Shown in pieces: positions 20,941 through 33,335 of a DNA stretch of 64,000 bases. The notes under the pieces are model-generated. The model worked only from the letters and a program-made list of their open reading frames with translations. It did no database searches and had not been told where the DNA came from. A program made the position numbers and the translations under genes. Each line of letters starts with the position of its first letter. Within the stretch, counting starts at the first letter, position 1. This stretch comes from Phyllobates terribilis (lineage: Eukaryota), in contig NW_027362762.1 in assembly GCF_046119375.1 (NCBI RefSeq), positions 454,832,001-454,896,000 of the forward strand. The letters are read 5' to 3'.

Positions 20941-21024
20941 TCCTGGGTTTCGCTTCCAGGCATGGCATCACCCCTTGTGAGGGAGGCAATGCCACTGCGG
21001 CAACCGGACTCCTAGGGTGCCACA
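20941..21024 (-). repeat. Isolated LTR head (about 85 bp) fused to the leader of element D
   Basis: TGTGGCACCCTAGGAGTCCGGTTGCCGCAGTGGCATTGC resembles the heads of LTRs B and C but differs from LTR D after 11 nt. Confidence 0.6.
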
Positions 21025-21191
21025 TATCCGTACCCATATGGATAATTTTCCTGACAATTTATTTGAACACATTTATTAATATAATCTACTGATTCCCGAA
21101 AATTGTTCAAAGTTTTATCAGCTGTTTTTGAAGGTAGCTGTTGACATTAATCTTCAGTAAATGGTGTAACTGGCCAATTGGATGGTATATA

Positions 21192-21500
21192 CACAATTGG
21201 AAAAATTATTGGTACCCTTCTGGTAAACTAAGAAACCCCACAATGGTCACTGAAATAACTTGAAACTTTCAGAAGTAATTTTTATTTTTAAGTTACTAAA
21301 TATCAACTAATGGAAATCAGACAATGCTTCTGAATTGTGGTTCAACAGGAAAAAAAGGAATATGACCTGAACAGAAATGATGGTACCCCTAGAAAAGATT
21401 GAAAACAATTTGACCATTGGGAAATGTTAAACTAAAAGGCATCCTGCAATCAGCATCACAGGTGTCTACGCATTTGTAATCAGTCAGTCTCCCTATTTAA
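21192..21500 (+). mobile_element. Left arm (TIR and leader) of an old Tc1 element
   Basis: TA|CACAATTGGAAAAATTATTGGTACCCTT; matches the inverted right arm at about 62345-62870 in several blocks at roughly 75-80%. Confidence 0.75.
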
Positions 21501-21536
21501 CCCCTTCACTCCGAAGCCTGTTTTCATCTTCCTTAC

Positions 21537-23255
21537 TGTTATGCACACGCCCGGACTGACTGGCGTGTGCGTGATTAGTGATCCCACTGTGCCATGAACC
21601 GGAGAGTGCCTGGAGGGGCGTAACTAAGTATCAACCCGATCCGACCCAGGTCGCACGACGGCTACGACGCCGTGCGCCAGGGAGGAACCGAGCAGAGGGA
21701 CCAGGTGCCACTCCAGGTCAGACCCCGGACATGGCTGTTGACCCACACCGGGGAATACAGGAACAGGCAGGTTAGAGCACAGGCTGGGTAGGGTCCAGTA
21801 CAGACTGGGAGACGGGTTCAGAGCCGCAGATGCGGTAATCAAGCAGAGTAAAGCGAAACCGCAGGTGCGGTGGGCATGGCTGAGCAGAGCGAAACCGCAG
21901 GTGCGGTGGACAGGGCTGAGCAGAGCGAAACCGCAGGTGCGGTGGACAGGGTTGAGCAGAGCGAAACCGCAGGTGCGGTGGACAGGGCTGAGCAGAGCGA
22001 AACCGCAGATGCGGTGGACAAGGCTGAGCAGAGCGAAACCGCAGATGCAGTGGACAAGGCTGAGCAGAGCGAAACCGCAGATGCAGTGGACAAGGCTGAG
22101 CAGAGCGAAACCGCAGATGCAGTGGACAAGGCTGAGCAGAGCGAAACCACAGGTGCGGTGGACAGGGCTGAACAGAGCGAAACCGCAGGTGCGGTGGACA
22201 AGGCTGAGCAGAGCGAAACCGCAGGTGCGGTGGACAAGGCTGAGCAGAGCGAAACCGCAGGTGCGGTGGACAAGGCTGAGCAGAGCGAAACCGCAGGTGC
22301 GGTGGACAAGGCTGAGCAGAGCGAAACCGCAGGTGCGGTGGACAGGGCTGAGCAGAGCGAAACCACAGGTGCGGTGGACAAGGCTGAGCAGAGCGAAACC
22401 GCAGGTGCGGTGGACAAGGCTGAGCAGAGCGAAACCGCAGATGCGGTGGACAAGGCTGAGCGGGCAGGAACCACCGGAGCGGTAAGTAAGGCAGAGCAGA
22501 GATAAACCGCCGGGACGGTAAGCAAGGCAGAGCAAGGGGGAAACCGCCAAAGCGGTGAGCAAAGACAGAGCAGAGGGGACAGGGCTCTGTTCACACGGAA
22601 CAGACTGGAAGGGAAAGGCAGAACCAGATACACACGAGGTACTTGCAAACAAGTAGCAAGTGGACTCCAAACTCACAAACGGAAGTACAGCGACAATGAG
22701 TAGGAGTTAGGTGCAGGTTCAGACTCTGCAGAAAAAGGAAAAGTACAGACATAAAGAAAAACAGGTAGCAGACTAGGAGAGATGTTCAGACAGGAACTGA
22801 GTGTTAAGACAGGAACTGACACTGCAGCGAGATACAGGAGTGAGTCTGGGTATGCGGCCCCCAGAAGGCAGGACAAACAGGCTAGGAGCGTGTTCAGACA
22901 GGCCTGGGAATACAGCCTCCAGGAAGGTGGACAGTCAGGAAAAACAGAACAGGACCTGGCACATCAGAGGCAAGAAGCCCTCTGAGGATAAGAGTTGCTC
23001 AGGCACCAGCTTCCAGGTGAAGCTGGTTTAAATATCCAGTGACAGACAGCAATAGGCTGAGGACGCATCAGGGGTGTGCCCACAGCAGCTACAAGAAACA
23101 GGAAGTAACCGGGCCGCCGCCCTAAACAGTCAGAACAGAGACAAACAGACAGCATGAATAGAAGCCAGGCTAGCAGACTCGACTGAAGATTAAGTTTGCG
23201 ATCTTGCATAGTGAGAGATGGTGCACCATGCAAGCCCGCCACCAGGTATGTTACA
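21537..23255 (-). repeat. Solo LTR F with an internal 36-bp tandem array
   Basis: TGTTAT...TTACA termini; 5-bp flanks CTTAC/CTGAC; homologous to 42158-43815 in the opposite orientation. Confidence 0.75.
21850..22462. repeat. Minisatellite, about 17 x 36 bp (GAGCAGAGCGAAACCGCAGGTGCGGTGGACAAGGCT)
   Basis: Directly visible; it produces the repetitive EQSETAGAVDKA ORFs. Confidence 0.95.
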
Positions 23256-23699
23256 CTGACTGTCATAGAGAAAAATTAAAATCCATAAAGACGTCTCCAG
23301 AGAGGGGACATATCACCTTCACATTGAACATATGGGATTAATTATAACTGGGGAAATGAGAAACTAATTATAACTGGGGAAGTGAGAGAGCTGACACTTC
23401 AACCTCCATTGAAGTAGGGGCCTCCTGCTGCGGCCAGGTAATTACAACAATGAATCTAATGAGAACCAGCCAAAAATGCTAGGATTTGTACACACAGAGG
23501 TGGAGAAGTACATGGGGCTTCCTCTGTTCAAAGGATTGTCTGACACACTTTGGAGCCAGTGGTCAGTGATGAATATTGGGGTTGGTTTGCATCGATCCGA
23601 TATTGATGGGAGTTATATATTTTCAGCATCGTAGCAAAGGGACGAACAGAAAACATTCACTCACATCACCCTAACATTCTAACCCCTCCTACTTAATAC

Positions 23700-25240
23700 T
23701 GGTCCGATGAATGACAATATCTACCACCTGGGACCTCCAGGGGCAAAGATATCCTGAAATTTGAGGATCTCATAAAATTCTAACAGAACTAGCACATCCC
23801 ACAAGGAGCCCCCATATGAGCTCACCAAAGGGAAATATGTGGGTGTAGGAAAGAACAGATTACATAGATATGAATAAATAGGGTTAAACATTATTAAGAA
23901 CCAACTGAAGAATCCCTTAAAAAAATAACTTTTAATGAAATTCACTAAAAAGTATATATTAATTATACAAAACCCTTAAAAAGGGGAACTATAATACCAG
24001 GACAAAATAATAGTGGAGAAACTAGGGAGCAATAGAGTAAATAGGGTGATACCCGTTATACAAAGGATAAAAAACAGGGGTGTTTGCTCACCTTGTTTTT
24101 TTGCAATTGCAACAATAAAGATGCTTGGACAGCGGCTGCAGACCATGGGTCATAGACCATGAGATTAGTGGACGGAGATAGGTGGCTTTCCTGTGCTGCT
24201 GTCAATATCCCACAAAGGATAGAGGAGAATCAGTAAGAAAAACAATTATTTATTCCGTGGTGTTTATCTGCGCTATCCTTTGTGGGAAATTGACAGCAGC
24301 ACTCCACCTATGTTTTTATAGTTGGGCCCTGTAGTGTAGATGTGCCCTCAATTTCCAGCTCAGAAAACACTTCTCTTGCCTCATGTAACCACTTGTTAGT
24401 ATTTACAGGTCATGATAGAATTCCAACCATTTCATTGTCAAGGAAACAACCGATTAGATAGCTATGAATAAATAGGGTCAAATATTATTAAGAACCAACT
24501 GAAGAAACCCTTCAAAAATAACTTAATGTAATTCACTAAAAAGTATGTATTAATTAACCCTTACAAAGGGGAACTAGAATACCCGGACAAAATAATACAC
24601 ATAGTTTAACAGTCCCTAGTAGGCTATATAGAGCTGTTCACCTACCTAACAGTAGAGGTTGGCACCCTAAACAGTCATCATGGCGCCCCCGCACAACATT
24701 GGCAGTCCCTGATAACCCTAGTGTCCCCTATACTGAAGAAACACAATATTACAATAATAAATACACACAAAAAACTACATTACTAGATATGTACTCCTGG
24801 GACTCTTAGCTAGACGAATTTGCTAAATTTATAGGTATATAGCATTCCTTTCAGTGAGCTAGCTATACTGACTAAAAATATCACACAGTATAACTTTAAA
24901 AGAATTCATTAGTAATATAGTGATTCAAAGTGCACTTGTCCATGTATATTCTATAACCCTGGCAGGTTCCCCACATTTAATAAATATAAATCCCTTTGTC
25001 CCGACACGTTTCCCCCCTCGGTTTTTGGGCTCATCAGGGGACTGTTTCGTGAAGAGAGACCTTAATTAGTCAAAGGACCGAGTGATTTCAAGCTCCAATA
25101 TTACTAGAGAATGATATCTATGCCAAGGGAGATCACAGAATACCACCATATTTAAGGCAGAAATACCGCTCATTCAATAAAGGCGCAGTGAGTACCAGAT
25201 ATAATGTCAAAAAAAGGTGGAATGCATCCAGCATTTCACC
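23700..25240 (-). mobile_element. Penelope-like pseudo-LTR region (degenerate)
   Basis: About 140-bp direct repeat (about 23865-24010 and 24465-24595), a 29-bp inverted repeat (24194-24222 and 24273-24301), and a hammerhead motif. Confidence 0.55.
24998..25042 (-). ncRNA. Minimal type I hammerhead ribozyme (probably impaired)
   Basis: GTCCC-CTGATGA-GCCC..GGGG-GAAAC-GT-GTC-GGGAC: 5-bp stem I, intact core, GUC cleavage triplet and a near-palindromic mini stem III. The first stem II pair is G-G instead of G-C. Confidence 0.7.
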
Positions 25241-25863
25241 TGGGGTAAAGTGTATGACACGTGAGGGATAACTGCGCAAGATGGACGAGAAACGCCTGGT
25301 TCAGGAGAAGTGCAATTTTCAAAATGAACATTTTACCACAAATTTTATATGTCATACAAGCTCTCCCCATTAGGATTCCCTTGTCCTTCTTCAAGAGTTT
25401 AGCATCAGTACAAACCAAGTTTATTTGGGCCGGCAAACCTCCTTGTATTAGAAGAGCTTTATTACATCGCTCCAAAACTTCAGGGGGTATAGCGCTGCCT
25501 GACTTCAGATCTTACTATATTACTTCCCACCTATCTAGGGTATTGGGTTGGGGTAGAATTGGCCCCAGAAAAGCATGGGTCGAGATTGAGAAAAGCTTTA
25601 CAAATATCCCTCTCATATGGGCCCACTGGTTGGACTCTTCTTTGGTCAAAGCGCTTAAATACATCCCACAATTGGGGCTACCCTGGCTTGCTGTTCCCTT
25701 CCTGTAGTATGTGACCACATCATACCGCAATACTCTTACATGTTTCCCATTTTGGGCAATCCACTTTTCCCCCCGGGTCTCGATGATAGTGTTTTCCGAG
25801 TTTGGATAATTAGTGACCATTACAGAGTTTGTAATTTTGGAGTAGGACACCTTTGGCCTTTAA

Positions 25864-28800
25864 CCGGTTCCCGACCGCCCACTGTAGATAAACGTCGGCG
25901 CTTGCCGGGCTCTGTGCAGTGCCGACGTTTAAAAACGGTGGGTGGTCTCGCAGTGCTCAGGACCCCCAGGGTCCTGCAAGCACTGCGATTCCGGTGCAGA
26001 GCGTTAGCTCTGACAGGGTACATCATCGGGACCTGATTAGATCAGGTCCCAGTGATGTTAACCCTTTGCTGTCTTCTATATGCTGTGATCTATAGTGATC
26101 GCGGCATATAGGAGACAGCAGGAAGAGAGGGGGTCGTCTTACTTACCTCCGAAGACCTCAGTTTCGTTTGAGGACCTGGGGTTGCTATGGCAGCTGGAGG
26201 TCACATGACCGCCTCCAGCTCTGCCATATATGGTGTCCTTCCTGTCTGACTTCAGCCTGTATGTAGCTGAAGTCAGACAGGAGACTCTGACTGAAACAGT
26301 CAGTGAAGATCTCATATAATGTAATATATGTGTATTACATTACATGAGATCAGTGATCAGAAAAATAAAAATTAATGTCCCATACAGGGACTAAGTAAAA
26401 ATGTAAAAAAAAGTAAAAAAAAAGTTTTTAAACTATTAAAAAAAAAAAATCACAAAATAAATAAAAATAAATAAAATATTAAACCAATAAATCCGTAAAT
26501 TATTACAAAACCAAAAAAAGTACACATATTTGGTATCGCCGCGTCCGAAACAACCCGAGCTATAAAACTGTCACACTAATTAACTCCTTCTGTGCACACC
26601 GTAATAAAAATAAATAAAAAACGGAGCAAAAAAATATGCTTTTTCATCATATCGCCAAACAAAAAGTGGAAAAAAATGCGATCAAAAAGCAGAATAGAAA
26701 TAAAAATGGTACCACTGAAAACGTCATCTTGTTCCGCAAAAAAAAGCCGCCATACAGCTCCATCAGCCAAAAAATAAAAAAGTTATAGCGCTCAGAATAA
26801 AGCAATGCAAAAAATATATTTTTTTTTCTATAAAATTGTTTTATTGTGTAAAAGCGCCAACACATAAAAAAAATACAGTAAGTGTAGTATCGCTGTAAAC
26901 GTACTGACCCGAAGAATAACGCTGCCTGATCACTTTTACCACACGCAGAACGGCATAAAAAAAAACTCAAAAAACAATTCCTGAAGTGTTTGTTTTTGTT
27001 AACTTTACCTCCCAAAAAACGGAATAGAAAGCGATCAAAAAATGTCACGTGCCCAAAAATGGTTCCAATAAAAATTTCAACTCGTCCCGCAAAAAACAAG
27101 CCGTCACATGACTATCGGCCGAAATATGGAAAAATTATAGCTCTCAAAATATGGTGATGCAAAAACTAGATTTTGCAAAAAAAAGCGTATTTTAGTGTGT
27201 GACAGCTGTCAGTCATAAAAACCCGATATAAATCTGGTATCTCTGTAATCGCACCGACCCGAAGAATAAAGTAATCTAATCAGTTATATCACACTAGGAA
27301 CGGCATAAAAAATAAATAAAACAAATATTATTCACCTGCTACTGATTTGTTTATTATGTCTCCCAAAGATCCCAGTAAGGCTCTGCTCACATTTATCCTG
27401 TGCTCTGCGCTGAGCACTTACACCAGAGTTTCCGTGTAAATCTCTGAAATACGTGATTCAGCCAGAACCCATGATGGAAGATTCCCTGTAATGAGGCAGA
27501 TATAGGCCACTGTGGATGCCGTCTAGCCTGGGATCCCACGGTGTCATTTGTTTTAGGCGTGCATAAAAGTGCGGTTGGCCACAGTTTTGTGCACTTCTGA
27601 AAAAAAGGACACCACTAAACAGAGGCCAGACGGAGTCCAGAGTAACTCTGCTGCCTCATTACAGTGAATGGATCCTGCAGGGGTTTCATCTGAATTACAT
27701 CACTTGGAAAATTAGATGGAAACCCCGATGTAAGCGCTCAGCCTAGAGCGCCGGATAAATGTTACGTAAAATGTTCCCAATAAAAGCTTCAACTCAGTCC
27801 TCAAAAAAAGCTAGTCCCCACTAAGGTCCATCATCTGTTAAAAATATAAGGGACTTCCAAGTTACTGGTAGCAGAAAGGCTCTGGAAAAGCAAAATGGTC
27901 CTTGCCCCCCAAAAGAAATTCAGAAAATTTTGTGCTCCCAAATCCAAATGCCTATTCTACAATAATTTGTTCTCCAATTGTCAAATAGCGCTCCTTCCCC
28001 CTCAAATCTCACCGTATGGCTAAGTGGTACGATACAGCCACATATGGGGTATTGACACTTTTAGAAGAAATTGTGTGACACATTTCGGCACCATTTTTAC
28101 CCATTGCCCTGTGTGAAAATGTAAAATCTGAGGGTAAAACATTTTTTTGTGGTAAAAATATAATTATGCTTTTTTCACTGCCCAATGGTATAAATTTAAC
28201 AATTAAAAAATGCTCACTACTTCCCTAGATGAATTCCTTGAGAGGTGTAGTTTACAAAATGGGGTCACTTGTGGGGGTTTCTGCTGTTTTGGCATGTCAG
28301 CGACTCTTCAAATGTGACATGGTGTCTGCTGCCTATCCCAGCCAACATAGCGCTTCTTTCTCTTCCGAACCCTGCCGTACACCAAAGCAGTGGTTTTCCC
28401 CCATATATGGGGTATCGGCGTACTCAGGAGAAATTGTACAACAAATTTCATGGTGCAATTTATCCTGTTACCCTTATGATAATGCAAAATTAGGGAATGA
28501 AAAACATTTTTTATGGGAAAAATGTGAAAATTTTATTTTTACGGCTCAATATTATAAACTTCTGTGAAGCAGCTGGGGGTGCAAGGTGCTCACCACACAT
28601 CTAGATAAGTTCCCTAAGGGGTATAGTTTCCAAAATGGTGGCACTTGTGGGGGGTTTCCACTGTTTAGGCACATTAGGGGCTCCCCAAATGTGACATGGC
28701 GTCCGCTAATTATTCAAACAAATTTTACATTCAAAAAGTCAAATGGCGCTCCTTCCCTTTCAAACCCTGCCATGTGCCCAAACAGTAATTTGCCTCCACA

Positions 28801-30322
28801 TATGGGGTATCGGCGTGTTCAGGAGAAATTGCACAACAAATTTCATGGTGCAATTAATCCTGTTACCCTTATGATAATACAAAATTAGGGAATGAAAAAC
28901 ATTTTTTGAGGGAAAAATGTGAAAATTTTATTTTTACGGCTCAATATTATAAACTTCTGTGAAGCAGCTGGGGGTGCAAGGTGCTCACCACACATCTAGA
29001 TAAGTTCCCTAAGGGGTCTAGTTTCCAAAATGGTGGCACTTGTGGGGGGTTTCCACTGTTTAGGCTCATTAGGGGCTCCCCAAATGTGACATGGCGTCCG
29101 CTAATTATTCAAACAAATTTTACATTCAAAAAGTCAAATGGCGCTCCTTCCCTTTCAAACCCTGCCATGTGCCCAAACAGTAATTTGCCTCCACATATGG
29201 GGTATCGGCGTGTTCAGGAGAAATTGCACAACAAATTTCATGGTGCAATTTATCCTGTTACCCTTATGATAATACAAAATTAGGGAATGAACAACATTTT
29301 TTGAGGGAAAAATGTGAAAATTTTATTTTTACGGCTCAATATTATAAACTTCTGTGAAGCAGCTGGGGGTGCAAGGTGCTCACCACACATCTAGATAAGT
29401 TCCCTAAGGGGTCTAGTTTCCAAAATGGTGGCACTTGTGGGGGGTTTCCACTGTTTAGGCACATTAGGGGCTCCCCAAATGTGACATGGCGTCCGCTAAT
29501 TATTCAAACAAATTTTACATTCAAAAAGTCAAATGGCGCTCCTTCCCTTTCAAACCCTGCCATGTGCCCAAACAGTGGTTATCCCTCACATATGGGGTAT
29601 CAGCACGCTCAAGAGAAATTGCACAAAAAAATTTGGGGTCCATTTTTTCATGTTACCCCTGTGAAAATAAAAAAATTGGGTCTAAAGTAACATTTTTGTG
29701 AAAAAAGTTAAATGTTAATTTTTTTCTTCCACATTCCAAAAATTCCTGTGAAGCACCTGAAGGGTTAATAAAGTTCTTGAATGTGGTTTTGAGCACCTTG
29801 AGGGGTGCAGTTTTTAGAATGGTGTCACTTTTGGGTATTTTCTGTCATAAAGACCCCTCAAAGTGACTTCAAATATGATGTGGTCCCTAAAAAAATGTTT
29901 TTGTAAATTTTGTTGGAAAAATGAGAAATCGCTGGTCAACTTTTAACCCTTATAGCTCCCTAACAAAAAAAAAATTGGGTTCCAAAATTGTGCTGATGTA
30001 AAGTAGACATGTGGAAAATGTTATTTATTAACTATTTTGTGTGACATATCTCTCTGATTTAAGGGCATGAAAATTCAAAGTTTGAAAATTGCAAAATTTT
30101 CAAAATTTTCGCCAAATTTCCGATTTTTTCACAAATAAACGCAAGTGATATCGAAGAAATTTTACCACTATCATGAAGTACAATATGTCACGAAAAAACA
30201 GTCTCAGAATCAGGGGAATACGTTGAAGCGTTCCAGGGTAATTACTTCATAAACTGGCAGTGGTCAGAATTGAAAAAATTGGCCTGGTCACGAAGGCAAA
30301 AACAGGCTCTGGCGCGAAGTGG
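25864..30322. mobile_element. Non-autonomous TTAA-TSD (piggyBac-like) element, 4.46 kb
   Basis: TTAA at 25860-25863 and 30323-30326; removal restores the L1 frame; no transposase; inverted relative at 46944-49627. Confidence 0.85.
28200..29600. repeat. 395-bp tandem repeat (about 3.5 units) inside the TTAA element
   Basis: Near-identical ORF starts at 28586, 28981 and 29376. Confidence 0.9.
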
Positions 30323-30648
30323 TTAAAGGATCATCTCCTTAGTATTTCTTCACCATCTACCCTAGATGCATGGAGAGTAGGTCAACTATTGCATTTTTTT
30401 TTCAGTCACTCCCTCCTAGAGCCTTCTATAATAGTGAGAAAACGACATTTGAGACAGCTTGCTCAAATGCAGGACCTCTGAGGCACACCTTCTCATTTTC
30501 ATACTCTACTGATTAACCAATCAGACCTCCAGGGTGCTAAGTTTTAGACACAGTGGTAAGGGGATTTAGCCCTCTCTCTATCAAAAGATCAATGAAAGCA
30601 AATTTTTACTTTAACACATAAAGCATCGATTTGTTCTCATTACCATGT

Positions 30649-31288
30649 CGTCATGGGTGTGTCAGGGTTGTAAGACAGTCATACGGTATCCTGTTGTAGA
30701 AGGTCACTGTGTTTGGCCTTTCAAACATTTCCCTGATCCTTTTATGATTCCTCTCTCTTTAGGACCCAGCAGTGATCCTCATCTTGCTTGGGGATTATAC
30801 CTTTCCCTGTAGGACCCTGAGTTACTCTCACCTTTCTGCTGTTAATCAGCACTTCCTCGCTGTGCCCTTTAATACACTCCTCAGAGAGTTGCTGGTGATA
30901 GCGTTTTCTACCAATTCAGGCCTGGGATTCTAGTAGTCGACTAGAATTACCTTGGAGTTACTTCGTGGATTGTTGCCATGCTTTCTCCGGTGTCTTCTTG
31001 GAGCTAAGTGTCTTCCCTGGTTTGTTTCCCATGTGTGTACTTTAGTTTGTAGTGGGGCTGACTTAGTGCTCACCCCTCCCGCTCCCTACCTAGGGCCTAG
31101 CCTTAGGGTCAGTTAGGGCCAGGTTTCCTGCTCGGCGATATGTGCAGAACCTATTTGGGGTTTATAGGGGAGCCAGGGTTTGTCGTTAGATCTGTTTAGG
31201 GGTCTCCACTCTCCCTTTCTCTAGTTGTAGGGCTCCCTCCCCTTTTCCCGTCATTATACGCTGGGTTCTCCCCATACCTAGCGTGACA
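30649..31288. repeat. Solo LTR (640 bp) in LINE-1
   Basis: (T>C)GTCATG...CGTGACA termini; 5-bp flanks CATGT/CATGA; L1 rejoins as CSHYH|EASYK. Confidence 0.7.
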
Positions 31289-32439
31289 CATGAGGCCAGT
31301 TATAAATTGCTGTCTCGATGGTATAGAGTCCTGACTAGACTACTTTCAATTTTCCCTGAGATGAGTCCCATGTGTTGGAGATGTGGCAATCAGAAAGGTG
31401 ATCTATTGCACATTTTTTGGTCATGCAAACTGATCATTTTACATTTTGTGGATGTTATAAAGAAACTTCATATTAGATAATTTTGTTGTGTAACTACTAA
31501 GAATTTACTATGACTAATGACTTCAATGTCAAGATGTTATATAATATTTCTCAAGATCACCTATATGGACATTATACTAAGTTACTGCAGTCATCTACGA
31601 ATGTGGCACACTCAGTGACTCAGGTTTTGGTTGTTTCGTATGGAAACTAAAACAAAAATAAACAATTAAAAAAAAATGTAAAAAATAAAGTGTATGGTGC
31701 GCCCTAATTGGCGTGACCATTACCGGGCGTCACTTCCGCTGGGCCCTGTAGTGGAACGCAAGTGTGTTCCACCCAAGGGAAAGCGTGTGGTGTGTCCCAA
31801 TTGACCAGTCTTTGACAGACGTCACATCCACATAACACAAATGCGCTCCACCGCAGGGAAATGCTGACCTCAGAGGTAAATCTTATATAATGTTAATTAA
31901 GCGGTGAGATAACTCATACGCCCCTCTACGCCAGTGGCGTCCTGCCCATATCTTTTTACAGCTGTCTTGTAACAATATTAAATAAAGGCTCACTTCAACC
32001 ATTGCATCAACGTTATTGTGGTGTATATAAATGAATGAAAAAGGTTATATACAGTATAAAGAGGAAAAAAAGGAAGGGGGTGGGGTTATGACAGAATAAT
32101 ATCAACTTTTTCCCTAGCAAAAATCTAAAGTAGAAAATAAATAATCATCTTTCTCGAAATTGACTTAATTGGCTTAGTTGTATAGATATAACAGGGGGCC
32201 AAGTTAAGCCTATTTTAAGTTTGACAACTATTAATATTACCCCTCCCCCTTCTGTTATCAATATAAAGAATCCTTTATTAGCTTTAAGAGTGTTGTGCAC
32301 CTTTGGACTAAAGATACTTCCAAAGGTGTGTAGGCTTAAAAAACTATAGAAGGTGGTCAAACGGACCTACCATAAGGCCAGAATTCGATTCCTACCCTGA
32401 GACTAATATATCAAATATTGGTTAGGTGTAACTGATTTT

Positions 32440-32952
32440 CTGTTCCTTGAGTCATCCAGGGTTCATAGATTCCAACTAGAATATCCATCTAGTTTCACGC
32501 TGGATCCTCTTATACCAATCCCTCTGTCGAATAGACGGTGCAACCGCTTCTATTACCCGAAAGGAGATAGATTCAAGGTTGCCGCTATGAAATGAGTTTA
32601 TATGACGTGCCAGTGGTATATCCCTTTTATTTCTAATGTCGACTAGGTGTTCCCCAATTCGGGCTCGCAGTTGTCTTTTAGTTTTACCAACATAGTATTG
32701 TGGACATGTGCAGGTACAGAGGTAAACTACTCCAAAAGTTTTACAATTTGTGAAGTGCTTGTTTCTATAGGTCTTATTAGTCACTGTACTTCTAAATATT
32801 TCTGAAGGTGGAATGTACCGACAGAAACTGCACTGTCCACATTCCAGAGCTGTCCGACTCAGTGGGGGGCCAGCAGTAACCATAGCTCCCACAGTGAAAT
32901 GCACTCTTTCTTGACACTCATTCTGCAGAAAATGGGAGGATGTAACCCTCAA
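32440..32952 (-). pseudogene. Penelope-like GIY-YIG endonuclease fragment
   Basis: GVVYLCTCTCPQYYVGKTKRQLRARIGEH..LARH..RETRWIF*LESMNPG. Confidence 0.88.
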
Positions 32953-33335
32953 ATACTGATGCAGCTTGTGCTACAAGAACACAGAGCGTGAATTTGCAGC
33001 GTGGCAGGCCGAGTGAGAGTTTGCTGAGTTTGGGAGACGATATGTAAATCAGTCTCCCATGCCACCTCTAAAAGGGGGAGGTATCATAGAGGAAAATTAA
33101 AATCCATAAAGACATCTCCAGAGAGGGGACATATCACTCTCACATTGAACATATGGGATTAATTATAAATTGGAGAGTGAAAAACTAATTATAACTAGGG
33201 AAGTGAGAAACTAATTATAACTGGGGAAGTAAGAGATCTGACACTTCAACCCCCATTGAAGTAGCAGCCTCCTGCAATGACCAGGCAATTTCAACAAGGA
33301 ATCTAATAAGAACCAGCCAAAAATGATAGGGTTCG

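Larger units (their letters stand above)
25261..31690 (+). pseudogene. 5'-truncated LINE-1 ORF2 C-terminal part with A-rich tail, split by two insertions
   Basis: FKMNILPQILYVIQALPI..FIWAGK..GGIALPDFRSYY; HLWPL|KDHL rejoined across the TTAA element; zinc knuckle CWRCGNQKGDLLHIFWSC; A-rich end at about 31650-31690. Confidence 0.9.

Noticed and set aside
21850-22462. 36-bp units resemble tandem hammerheads (CTGA..GAAAC plus hairpin) or a CRISPR array
   Set aside because: The core reads CUGAGCA rather than CUGANGA, the would-be cleavage triplet is GUG, and variants break the stem without compensation. There are no unique spacers and no cas genes.
21624-22676. Long repetitive ORFs here and at 42814-43879, 59607-61455 and 33303-33971
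   Set aside because: These are by-products of stop-free tandem repeats, open in several frames on both strands.
28229-29701. Repeated MLTTHLDKFPKG ORFs (also 47565-47879)
   Set aside because: They are translations of the 395-bp non-coding repeat of the TTAA element and show no domain motifs.
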